From the IMG/VR virus record IMGVR_UViG_3300006620_000021: DNA of 64,000 nt; one strand, given 5' to 3'. Origin of the DNA: an uncultured virus (IMG/VR IMGVR_UViG_3300006620_000021). Taxonomy: Duplodnaviria; Heunggongvirae; Uroviricota; Caudoviricetes. The notes under the pieces were generated by a model. It searched no databases, was not told where the DNA came from, and was given only the letters and a program-made list of their open reading frames with translations. The position numbers and the translations under genes are program-made. Each line of letters starts with the position of its first letter. Within the stretch, counting starts at the first letter, position 1. Positions 10,841 through 19,297 of the stretch are shown piece by piece.

Positions 10841-11626
10841 TCAGATAACGCGGGTCTTCTCGTGACCGACACGGATACGAGGGTCACACCAGGTCTCAAC
10901 ACCTGCTTCTTTGGCATCCAAACAGAAGGAGACATCTTCTCCGCACATATCTTGAACCGCTCCAGATTCAAAGACTTGCATCTTAGGAGCAAACCAAGGA
11001 TACTCAAGACGCTCAAAGACGCCTTTACGGATCATAACCCATCCAAAGCCAGTATAGTCAACTGTAAAGGGTTTGCGACGTTTTGCCATGGACTCTACAG
11101 TCTCATGGTTCATGACACCACCGTTCTTACGGAAGTCATCCTCTTCAAGCCAGTGAGCAACAGAGGTAGTCATCCCATCTTCGGTAGCATACCAACCAGC
11201 TGCGATCTCTCGCTCAGCTTGAGGAACACCGTCTTTGTCTGGACCAGGAACTGCGAGATCACAGAGTTGCCAGAATTTTTCAGTGTTGAATACAATGTCA
11301 TTATCAATCCAAAGTTGATAATCATAAGGGAGTTTACCATCCCAGGGTACTTGCTTAGGACCACGCAGAACATTCGCTCCGAGAACCTTGCAACGTGCAA
11401 AGTTAACCATCGAGGAGTAGTCCTGAGAGATCTGAATAGTCATTCCATTTTGCACCAGATCAAAGCACAATTGGACAAAGGCTTTAAGGAAGGTATAAGA
11501 ACAATTCCTACCAGGAAGGCAGAATACAATTGCTTTACCCTTCATTCTCTCCTTAATTGCCTGATAGTCCCAATCTTCTTTTGGTTTCGTTGGTGCTGCT
11601 GCTTTTACCGTAAATCCTTTTGCCAT
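10841..11626 (-). CDS. GT-A fold glycosyltransferase-like conserved cyanophage protein
   Basis: VNFARC, LWIDNDIVF (DxD), TGFGWVMI, GEDVSFC and RVGH motifs. Confidence 0.8.
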   Translation of the reverse strand: MAKGFTVKAAAPTKPKEDWDYQAIKERMKGKAIVFCLPGRNCSYTFLKAFVQLCFDLVQNGMTIQISQDYSSMVNFARCKVLGANVLRGPKQVPWDGKLPYDYQLWIDNDIVFNTEKFWQLCDLAVPGPDKDGVPQAEREIAAGWYATEDGMTTSVAHWLEEDDFRKNGGVMNHETVESMAKRRKPFTVDYTGFGWVMIRKGVFERLEYPWFAPKMQVFESGAVQDMCGEDVSFCLDAKEAGVETWCDPRIRVGHEKTRVI

Positions 11627-11674
11627 GAGTTTAGAGTTTTTTCAGTTCAATTCTAACAGGGTATGTATGTAATG

Positions 11675-11845
11675 TCAATATGATGCATCCTGTATGTCTG
11701 CATTATCGACGGTACATTTTACGTATTCGTATCGTGTTTTATCAAGAGAATCCCATACCGTTGAGAATTCATCTTCTGACAAAACAGCATACTCACATTT
11801 ACCGTTGTTTTCACAATCGTAGATGTGGTAGATTTTATAGGTCAT
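11675..11845 (-). CDS. Hypothetical protein
   Basis: Translated by hand: MTYKIYHIYDCENNGKCEYAVLSEDEF...QDASY. Confidence 0.6.
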   Translation of the reverse strand: MTYKIYHIYDCENNGKCEYAVLSEDEFSTVWDSLDKTRYEYVKCTVDNADIQDASY

Positions 11846-11850
11846 TTTGT

Positions 11851-11979
11851 CTAATTCACTACAAGATTATATATCATTGCTAATGTAATCCCGAGGGGTA
11901 CGAGCAGTACCTTTGGGTTACGGATAACCAGACCAACAAAGAGTACTCGCCATATATTCCAGTAAGGTTTTTGTGACAT
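11851..11979 (-). CDS. Small membrane protein
   Basis: MSQKPYWNIWRVLFVGLVIRNPKVLLVPLGITLAMIY; hydrophobic. Confidence 0.55.
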   Translation of the reverse strand: MSQKPYWNIWRVLFVGLVIRNPKVLLVPLGITLAMIYNLVVN

Positions 11980-12018
11980 AACTAGTTGTTCAGTTACCCA
12001 ACTATAGTATAGCACATA

Positions 12019-12879
12019 ATGGATATTATCAATGGACGGTACGCGAAGTGTCGTGAGGTCTTCAAAAAGACGGATATCAATGAACTTCGTAAAGAGGTTG
12101 ACTGGCATTTTGAACATAACCTACATCCACACTGTGTGATTGAGAAGACCTATGATACAAAATATAAGAAGTCTCCTTTAACCACAGATAGTATTATTGA
12201 TGAGCATGGGTTAAGACCTAGTAAGAATACTCCTCAGGAATATCCGTATAACAAAGAGATCTGGAATACCTTCACTGTTACCATCGCATCTAAGGTTAGA
12301 AGATACTTAGAGAAAACGAATCCAGATCTATTAGAAAAAAAGTGGGAGTTTAAAGAACCATGTAGGAATGGTCATCAAGTCTATCCACATGCCATCTATG
12401 CAATGAAGTGGGATTCCTCAGAAAGATACCGAATGAATCGAAGTCTTGAATTTAATGAGTGTCCTCTCCATTGGTCTACTGGTTATAGACTTAAAAATAC
12501 TACCGATCTCAAATACAAAAAAGATAAGTTTATAAACGTTGTATATTACCTAGACAAAGGTTTGAAGTATCTCACAAACACTCAAAGGGAAGATCTTAAT
12601 ATCTTTGATGGGGGGACTGTCGTAGAGAAGGATAAGAAAATTTTTAAAGATGAAAGTGAGGATAACTCCGCATTTATCTTCACAGATCATCGATGGTCCT
12701 TAGCAGGTGAGAATCTTACCGCAATTGTCTTCTCATTCTCAATCTTCTCCGAGAATCGTTATGCAACCTGGATGTACCCTAGAGTCGCAGATTATGAGAA
12801 CCGCATGAAGCGCCGTTGTAAAAACTCCGTGGCAGTCTCCGAATACGTCATGTCGGAAACTGGTAAGATCTATAAGTGA
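12019..12879 (+). CDS. Hypothetical protein, possibly a degenerate 2OG-Fe(II) oxygenase fold
   Basis: 286-aa ORF; FINVVYYLD...GGTVV...FIF resembles DSBH strands; one of only two credible plus-strand genes. Confidence 0.6.
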   Translation: MDIINGRYAKCREVFKKTDINELRKEVDWHFEHNLHPHCVIEKTYDTKYKKSPLTTDSIIDEHGLRPSKNTPQEYPYNKEIWNTFTVTIASKVRRYLEKTNPDLLEKKWEFKEPCRNGHQVYPHAIYAMKWDSSERYRMNRSLEFNECPLHWSTGYRLKNTTDLKYKKDKFINVVYYLDKGLKYLTNTQREDLNIFDGGTVVEKDKKIFKDESEDNSAFIFTDHRWSLAGENLTAIVFSFSIFSENRYATWMYPRVADYENRMKRRCKNSVAVSEYVMSETGKIYK

Positions 12880-13305
12880 TGGGTGTGAACTATTAATCAA
12901 TCGTTGTTCAGACGAGAGCGCCCAGACACCCTTTTTATATATCAACCTATTCGTCCGAAAAATTTTGGGCGAATTTTTTTATATGCAATCGAAATCACTC
13001 ACTCGATCTGTCACCTCTGTAGGTTAGGGTAGTTAACCCATTTTAATCGGGGGGGGGGTCAGGGGCACACATTAGTATACCTTATCAATCGCATAGACTG
13101 CCATAACGACTGCTAATCAGTGCCTATGGACACTCACGAATGTGTCCACCACTGCCCAAACCCACTGCGCCGCAAGGGATCTCAGCGACGTGTGCCAGTC
13201 AACGAACTGTCTTTTTAGCGTTACAATTCAGTTATATCCACTTTTATTTCTGTCCACTCTGAAATGCACACACAAACTGTAGCTAACTGTCACATAACAG
13301 GGCAC

Positions 13306-13332
13306 AAAAAAAGCGCCCCATAAGGGACGCTT
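13306..13332 (-). terminator. Rho-independent terminator
   Basis: AAGCGTCCC-TTAT-GGGGCGCTT followed by a T tract on the minus strand, downstream of the 13398 ORF. Confidence 0.75.
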
Positions 13333-13397
13333 ATCAGTCGCTGATTGTGTCAATCTGCCCTTAAACGGTTGCGCTATGGGCGATCGGTGCTAGTGGA

Positions 13398-14009
13398 TCA
13401 GACCAAACCCTTATGGATGCGGCGATAGCAAACCCAGGTAATCGCTTGGATCTGGGTCGCTGTGATTCTCTCGCCCGTAACGTCTGAGGCGATCCTAGCG
13501 GCGTCCCTGTAGGCGTCCTGAATCTCGCGGAACGCTTTAGGCGTCATCGACGGAACGTCCTTGAGACCGCTCACAGACCCGTTGTAGATGTTGTAGGCGT
13601 GCCCATCAATCACAGGGGCGTCGATGATACCGTTGCAAGCGATGTTTTCAAAAAACGCTGTTACTTTCTGCCCTTTCAAAATAACTTTAATTTCCTCGTA
13701 ATTAGCGCCATTAAGTATCTCGATCGCCTTCTTTTTGTTCTTGCCGAAGGTGCAAACTTTAATCTCGTTTGGATCGAGTCCGATACTAATCGCCCGCGCT
13801 AATTGTTCTGCATCATGTATATTTCGTTCCCACTTATTGTTTGGAGATAGCGCAGCGATTGCACCCGCTATTTGTTCAATCGTGAATCCGTATTTTGCAG
13901 CAAAAGTAACACTTATGGAGTGAGCATTGTTGTACCAACTCATGCCAATCTGGCGGTCCAAAATGTTACTTTGGAAGAATGTTGCGATGATGCTGTCAGT
14001 GTGTGCCAT
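13398..14009 (-). CDS. Early phage protein with HhH DNA-glycosylase-like signature
   Basis: WY..A, IAALSPNNKWERN, KVTAFF, VIDGHAY, YRDAA and QAITW motifs; start placed at MAHTDS. Confidence 0.6.
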   Translation of the reverse strand: MAHTDSIIATFFQSNILDRQIGMSWYNNAHSISVTFAAKYGFTIEQIAGAIAALSPNNKWERNIHDAEQLARAISIGLDPNEIKVCTFGKNKKKAIEILNGANYEEIKVILKGQKVTAFFENIACNGIIDAPVIDGHAYNIYNGSVSGLKDVPSMTPKAFREIQDAYRDAARIASDVTGERITATQIQAITWVCYRRIHKGLV

Positions 14010-14298
14010 GGGGGGAAGCGTTGCGGGGGAAGGGATCAGGCGGGGCGTTGTGTTTAGTTTGCCGTCGCTTGTGTTCACAAGGTAGCGCCGCTGATCACGG
14101 TTGGCAACGGGTCAAAACCGAAGAGAATCTGAGTCTTCCTATGCTGACAATCACGCAACAAAGTGTTAATTAAAGGTTGCGTTAAGTGTTGTTAACGGTG
14201 GGTTGACGTTTGGCGATCCACTGATAAGGGATCAAAATGTGAGAATGAGAATCAGTTGCATTACACCCACCACAGACTCTTGCAACTGATTCTCAATA

Positions 14299-14535
14299 TC
14301 AAGGTGTGACAATCTCAGACTGGCACTTATGACAATCTACAATCTGGACCAACCAATCGGCATCGCCCATCAGATCCACCCAGAAGTGATTGCCACCGTT
14401 AGCAGACGTGAGGAACAAACGATCCCCATGGTCTTGCTCAACGTTACACACGGGATTCCGTGACATTAAGTTACAGAACCGATTCTTCGCTTTAGAAGAC
14501 AGTGGTTTAACTGAAGCAAACTTAATCGCGCACAT
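14299..14535 (-). CDS. Conserved cyanophage hypothetical protein (paralog of 46275-46466)
   Basis: VKPLSSKAKNRF...VEQ...LFLTS...FWV...DW. Confidence 0.65.
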   Translation of the reverse strand: MCAIKFASVKPLSSKAKNRFCNLMSRNPVCNVEQDHGDRLFLTSANGGNHFWVDLMGDADWLVQIVDCHKCQSEIVTP

Positions 14536-14732
14536 GTGTAAAAACCCTGTAAAAAAACGAGAGATAAACCGTGTGGTTCACCGTTCCCGTATTGTACATG
14601 ATCCTGTGTGAGAGGGAAGGATTGATTAGCGAACTAAAACAATCTTGATACAATACGAGAACTGTGATAGTGATATGCGCGTAAGTGCCCGCATCTAGTC
14701 GAGATTCTCACGCGCACATCTAGTCGAGATTA

Positions 14733-14957
14733 TCAGGCGTTCTGAACCAGTGCCTCAGTCTTGATGGCAGAGGTGATAAAACGACCGACACTTTCGCCCT
14801 TAGCATTCACGTTCACAAAAGAGGACTCGAATGCAGTAGGATTCACGGCACGGTAGGTGTATGCCTTGTCAGTGTTGCTAGTGAAGGTGATGGTCACCTG
14901 GTCGCCTTCCATGGAAGCGGAAGCGATGGCAGAGGAACCAGTAACGTTGAAGTTCAT
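14733..14957 (-). CDS. KTSC-domain-like protein
   Basis: SSAIAS...TITF...YTY...F...SVGRFI pattern; start placed at MNFNV. Confidence 0.65.
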   Translation of the reverse strand: MNFNVTGSSAIASASMEGDQVTITFTSNTDKAYTYRAVNPTAFESSFVNVNAKGESVGRFITSAIKTEALVQNA

Positions 14958-15225
14958 AATCAAAAAAAGCGATTGAATGTTGATGTTGTTTTGAGCGGGA
15001 TGCATCACCCCCGCTTGTTGAACACAATATAGGACAAATTAGACACCCTGCCTAGGGGGGTTGTGCCACTTAGCAAACTGGTTTTTTTGCTTGACGCTCA
15101 ATAAAAAAAGCTCTATGATTGGGGTAGAGCCTATTGTTAGTAACATTATATTTCAATGTGTTGACAGGTGCTTTCCCCCATGTGCTAGGATGGAGGTAGA
15201 ACCTATTGTGGGTTACAAATAATTA

Positions 15226-15256
15226 CAAAAAAATCCACCGCTTCCCCAAGCAGTGG
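15226..15256 (-). terminator. Rho-independent terminator
   Basis: CCACTGCTT-GGGG-AAGCGGTGG followed by ATTTTTTT on the minus strand. Confidence 0.7.
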
Positions 15257-15309
15257 ATCAGGTGGTGTGAGAATGGGTCTTACGTGTCCCCCGACACTGC
15301 CCCAGTGGA

Positions 15310-15567
15310 TCAGATCCCGTCGTGCCAAGCAGTGCCGAACGCCTGCTGCATGTCCAGGTCGGAGGGTTCCCACTCCTCCTGCATGATCTCATTGATGCGC
15401 TCTTCCATGTCGCCGTTGCACTGGATGCCGTAGACCTGCTCTACCCAGTCGGCATAGTCGTCCCATTCCATACCAGGGTTCTCCTGGATGAACTCACGGG
15501 CACCTGCCTCCCAGTTGATGTCGTAGATCTCTCCAGGCATGTCTTGGATCTCAAGAAGGATGGACAT
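15310..15567 (-). CDS. Highly acidic early protein
   Basis: 85 aa, about 22 D/E, no Lys, 2 Arg; own upstream promoter. Confidence 0.7.
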   Translation of the reverse strand: MSILLEIQDMPGEIYDINWEAGAREFIQENPGMEWDDYADWVEQVYGIQCNGDMEERINEIMQEEWEPSDLDMQQAFGTAWHDGI

Positions 15568-15635
15568 TGTTCTGTGGTGTGAACTGATTTAATTGTAGCA
15601 GTTCAGGGGGCGTTGCCACCCCCCAAACCTTAAGA

Positions 15636-15893
15636 TCACATAAAGCATGCAGCGAGGCGGTCACGCTTGCGGATCATGCCGCTGGCGATGTGCCACTTGC
15701 TACGCTTGAGGGTCTTGTGGTGCAGTTCTGCCCAAAGGACTCCATCGGATTCCATGTCACACATGACGGCGTGGATGGTGCCTTTGTGGCGTCGTGGGTC
15801 CAGACCAAGAGACTTGACCAGTTCACTGCATGTTGCAGGTCCATGGTTGATGAGGTGGGAGCGGACTTGAGTGCGGATGATTGAAGCGAGCAT
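15636..15893 (-). CDS. Winged-helix-like DNA-binding protein
   Basis: HGPATCSELVKSLGL...IHAVMCDMESDGVL...KW resembles a wHTH. Confidence 0.55.
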   Translation of the reverse strand: MLASIIRTQVRSHLINHGPATCSELVKSLGLDPRRHKGTIHAVMCDMESDGVLWAELHHKTLKRSKWHIASGMIRKRDRLAACFM

Positions 15894-15959
15894 GTCATTG
15901 GGTGGGTGGTTGACTTCTAAAGAATACCACGGCGGCGACCCCTGGCAACGGGTCAAACC

Positions 15960-16157
15960 TTAAGATAAAATGAACTTATATTCTAAAGATTTAATACACC
16001 ACCCTGTGCAGGCAGTGATCTCTTCTATAAGATCATCTTCATCATCTGCCTCCCAATCACCTAAAACATCTTCTAATATCTCTTTTTTATGCTCTTCACT
16101 GATAGGATCAAGAGCATCATCGTAATCAAATTCTACATCAGTGACAAGGTACATCAC
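15960..16157 (-). CDS. Acidic hypothetical protein
   Basis: WEADDEDDLIEEITACTGWCIKS. Confidence 0.7.
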   Translation of the reverse strand: MMYLVTDVEFDYDDALDPISEEHKKEILEDVLGDWEADDEDDLIEEITACTGWCIKSLEYKFILS

Positions 16158-16294
16158 AATAAGTCCTCAGCGAGTGCGTAGTCTACAGTAACACCTAGGT
16201 GTTCACACTGTTTCTCAATTAGTCCCCACACTTCGGTGGAATCTAATCCCAGTGCATTGATCCAGAATTCAATTCTTTCTTCTGGTGTCAACAT
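16154..16294 (-). CDS. Hypothetical protein
   Basis: Translated by hand: MLTPEERIEFWINALGLD...; overlaps both neighbours. Confidence 0.55.
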   Translation of the reverse strand: MLTPEERIEFWINALGLDSTEVWGLIEKQCEHLGVTVDYALAEDLL

Positions 16295-16563
16295 GTTGCT
16301 GCCTCCTTGAGTCGTTCTTCTACACATTCATCCACACATTCTTGAATGACTTGATAGATGTAGTCAATGTTTCCTACATCGTCAAAAATACATTCAAGAG
16401 TGGTAGGATCTTCCACATGATTGTCATAATCAAACTCACCATCATCACCTGTTAAGTGACAATCTTCTTTGGTGTAAATCCATGCCGCACAATGTGCGTC
16501 TGGACCCTGTTGTGCCACCATCTCGGTGACACGTTCCTGGAGTTGTTTGAGTGTGTAGTTCAC
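16288..16563 (-). CDS. Hypothetical protein
   Basis: 91-aa ORF coupled to the upstream gene. Confidence 0.7.
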   Translation of the reverse strand: MNYTLKQLQERVTEMVAQQGPDAHCAAWIYTKEDCHLTGDDGEFDYDNHVEDPTTLECIFDDVGNIDYIYQVIQECVDECVEERLKEAATC

Positions 16564-17072
16564 GCGGGGATCTCCGTGCGTACTGGATAAGTGTACCAGT
16601 TCCTGATCACACTATCGTGTCCCTCTGTCACCTTGTCATTTTTCTTCACTTCCTTGTAGTCAAACTTCCAACACTTCCACTCACCCTTAAGACTGTAAAG
16701 GTAGGCGTACTCCTCACCCACGATGTCCTTGCAGAACTCATCGAAGGTAGAGTGCAGCACCTCCACTTCCTCGCCGCGTTCTGAATGGTACTGTGGTTGT
16801 GGGTCGCGGTCTCCTTCGGACATGATGTACCCATCCTCGTCGCGGATGTACTCCCCGTCTGCATCTTTTAACATAGCACCACAATCCCAGGTGTTCCTGG
16901 TACGTAGTGACGACATGCTGCCGCCATCAATCAATGCTTTGACTGCTTCGCGGTCCTGGTAGTGCTTGACAAGAATCCGCCCGTTGCCCTCAGGATATCC
17001 ATCCCAGTGGCAATAAGCACTCACGACGCTATGGTCTGCGAGTTCGATTCCGATTCGTGATCTGGTGCCCAT
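16560..17072 (-). CDS. Conserved phage protein (YCHWDGYP family)
   Basis: MGTRSRIG...YCHWDGYP...EEYAYLY. Confidence 0.8.
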   Translation of the reverse strand: MGTRSRIGIELADHSVVSAYCHWDGYPEGNGRILVKHYQDREAVKALIDGGSMSSLRTRNTWDCGAMLKDADGEYIRDEDGYIMSEGDRDPQPQYHSERGEEVEVLHSTFDEFCKDIVGEEYAYLYSLKGEWKCWKFDYKEVKKNDKVTEGHDSVIRNWYTYPVRTEIPA

Positions 17073-17354
17073 GAGTCCGTGGTGGTGAACTGAACCCATC
17101 ATGCCCCCTGGAACCCAGCAGGTCAACCACCAAAAACCACTTCGCGAACTGGCACAACACTCTCCAATTGCACAGAGTACTCGCTATAATTTAAAGACAA
17201 TCAGCAACAACAGCAGTGGGGTAACTGCTTGATCAACACATCGTCACTGAACCTGCAATATTTTTTTAATAAAAAAACATTATAAAAAAATCCTTACAGA
17301 TTGCTATCAGCAACCCATAAGGATCTATAATGCACTGTGAGTACTAATGGTGTG

Positions 17355-17528
17355 TCACCAGGCAATGTCGTCATCAAAGTCTTCTACGTATGCAGTCACG
17401 GATTCACCTGCCTGCAAATCACACTTCTTCTCCCAGTCGATTTGCTTTGCCTCAAAGTCTGGCATAACCTCAAACTCTAGGGTGACGCGGACTTTACGTG
17501 TTTTGGTTTCGTAGTAGACTGATGCCAT
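17355..17528 (-). CDS. Hypothetical protein
   Basis: Translated by hand: MASVYYETKTRKVRVTLEFEV...ESVTAYVEDF. Confidence 0.65.
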   Translation of the reverse strand: MASVYYETKTRKVRVTLEFEVMPDFEAKQIDWEKKCDLQAGESVTAYVEDFDDDIAW

Positions 17529-17636
17529 GAGGACCCCCGTGCAGACTTTGTTATTCTAACAGATGATCAATCAAGTGTCAATGATCTCATGAGGATTATT
17601 TATAAGGTGATTGTGTGATATTATGATACGCACACA

Positions 17637-17773
17637 CTCGTCGAGATCCTATGATAATGATACCATGTATCGTCGAGATTTGCATGTGATATCCTCGTCG
17701 AGATTTTATGACGTAACTATGAGTATGATAGCATATCTCGTCGAGATCGTCAAGTGATACCCTCGTCGAGATT
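17637..17773. repeat. Five copies of (C)TCGTCGAGAT in non-coding DNA
   Basis: TCGTCGAGAT at 17638, 17670, 17695, 17738 and 17763. Confidence 0.9.
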
Positions 17774-17807
17774 TGTGAGAACCCTCATAGTTTTTATTCC
17801 GCGCCCC

Positions 17808-17836
17808 TTGACATTTTTTGGTGCTCGTGCTATCAT
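17808..17836 (+). promoter_or_regulatory. Near-consensus sigma70 promoter with no downstream plus-strand ORF
   Basis: TTGACA-17 nt-TATCAT with an extended TG. Confidence 0.7.
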
Positions 17837-18061
17837 ACGCGGTCCAAGATCACTAGGATCTGAGGTACAAAAAGACACATAAAAGGACTAAAAAGAGGTC
17901 TTATTTATTAGGGCAGAAAAACAATGTATCCAACGAAACAAAACACACAAATACATTTAAAATAACATTTATAATATAAAAAAACATATATTTGGTATAA
18001 ACCGATACAATATACTGTGGAGTTACTCCCTGGTTACTTGGTAGCAACTCCGTGGTATATT

Positions 18062-19255
18062 CTAGGGATAGAACCATGATACTTCGATGACCTGTGAGGC
18101 ACATTTACCACCGAATCCAAAACTATTATTCAGTGTTCGTAATGTCTCAATCCGCCCTGGTAATGGTACTGATGCTCTTACCAAACTGTTCGTCTTATCA
18201 TATGATGCCTTATGTAAATTAAAACATCTTGGGATAATTCTTCTCTTCATACTCTCAATACCGTAGATACATTCTAGGATACCTGCTGCTCCTAATGTAT
18301 GTCCTATCTTAGACTTTGGTGCATAGATTGGAATACTTCCGAATCGTTCAGTAATAGTATCATATTCAATAATATCTCCTACGGGTGTACTGGTAGCATG
18401 TGCAGATACCATATCAATCTTATCATTATATAATTTTGATAATGCCTTATTCATTGCAATCTTTGCACCCCTACCATCTGTTGCAGGACTTGTTAAATCA
18501 AATGCATCAGTTGCTGCTCCTACAGGATATAACTTTGCATGAATCTTTGATCCATACTCTTGTACCTTCTCCATTGATTGTAAGATTAAAACACCTGCAC
18601 CCTCACCCATCACAAACCCTTCGCGATCTTCATCAAAAGGCATGTTACGATTACCCAGTGCCCCAATACTTGCAAAATACTTTAATGCAATCTCAAATAC
18701 TCCTGCGTCTGCTCCTCCGACAATTACATAGTCATACTCATCCAGTATCCTCATTGCATAATCAATACTATACATTCCAGTTGCACAACTTGCTTGTAAT
18801 GCTACTGATGCACCATGGAATTGATACTTAGTGCATATATGTCCCACAATCATATCTGGAATACGATTGACAATAGTAAACGGATTTACACGCTTATTAT
18901 CTTTGAGGCGTTGATAGTTTGCATCAAGTGACTCAACGTCATTAGAGCATGATGAGATGATTACTGCGACATTAGAACTGTGTGGTAGATTACTATGCTT
19001 CAATGCCTGGTCTACAGCATGGATCGCTAGTTCTTGTGCCCGTGTCATGGTCTTTAATTTTTTCGGCGCGAACCCCTCGGGAAGAAGAGCGTCATGCAAA
19101 CATGGTATGCCATACTGAATCTTATGATCACCCATGAAGTCTAACTCCATTGCATAATCTTTATGATCAATCATTCCTTCAAAACACTGGGAGGGATATC
19201 TACCCAGTGCATCAATCATTCCGTAACCAACAACATACGCATTACTGACTGACAC
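18062..19255 (-). CDS. fabF: Beta-ketoacyl-ACP synthase (FabF/FabB family)
   Basis: Cys-His-His triad motifs ASCATG, HATST and KSKIGHT; GFVMGEGAG; NNSFGFGG; GTG start after GGAGG. Confidence 0.88.
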   Translation of the reverse strand: MSVSNAYVVGYGMIDALGRYPSQCFEGMIDHKDYAMELDFMGDHKIQYGIPCLHDALLPEGFAPKKLKTMTRAQELAIHAVDQALKHSNLPHSSNVAVIISSCSNDVESLDANYQRLKDNKRVNPFTIVNRIPDMIVGHICTKYQFHGASVALQASCATGMYSIDYAMRILDEYDYVIVGGADAGVFEIALKYFASIGALGNRNMPFDEDREGFVMGEGAGVLILQSMEKVQEYGSKIHAKLYPVGAATDAFDLTSPATDGRGAKIAMNKALSKLYNDKIDMVSAHATSTPVGDIIEYDTITERFGSIPIYAPKSKIGHTLGAAGILECIYGIESMKRRIIPRCFNLHKASYDKTNSLVRASVPLPGRIETLRTLNNSFGFGGKCASQVIEVSWFYP

Positions 19256-19297
19256 TGTACTATCCTCCAAAGATCATGATAATGTTCTTTAACTCTA

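Noticed and set aside
10862..11656. 264-aa plus-strand ORF
   Set aside because: Antisense shadow of the conserved glycosyltransferase-like gene; no recognisable motifs
17637..17773. Mini-CRISPR array
   Set aside because: Repeats are only 10-11 bp with irregular 15-33 nt spacers, and there are no cas genes
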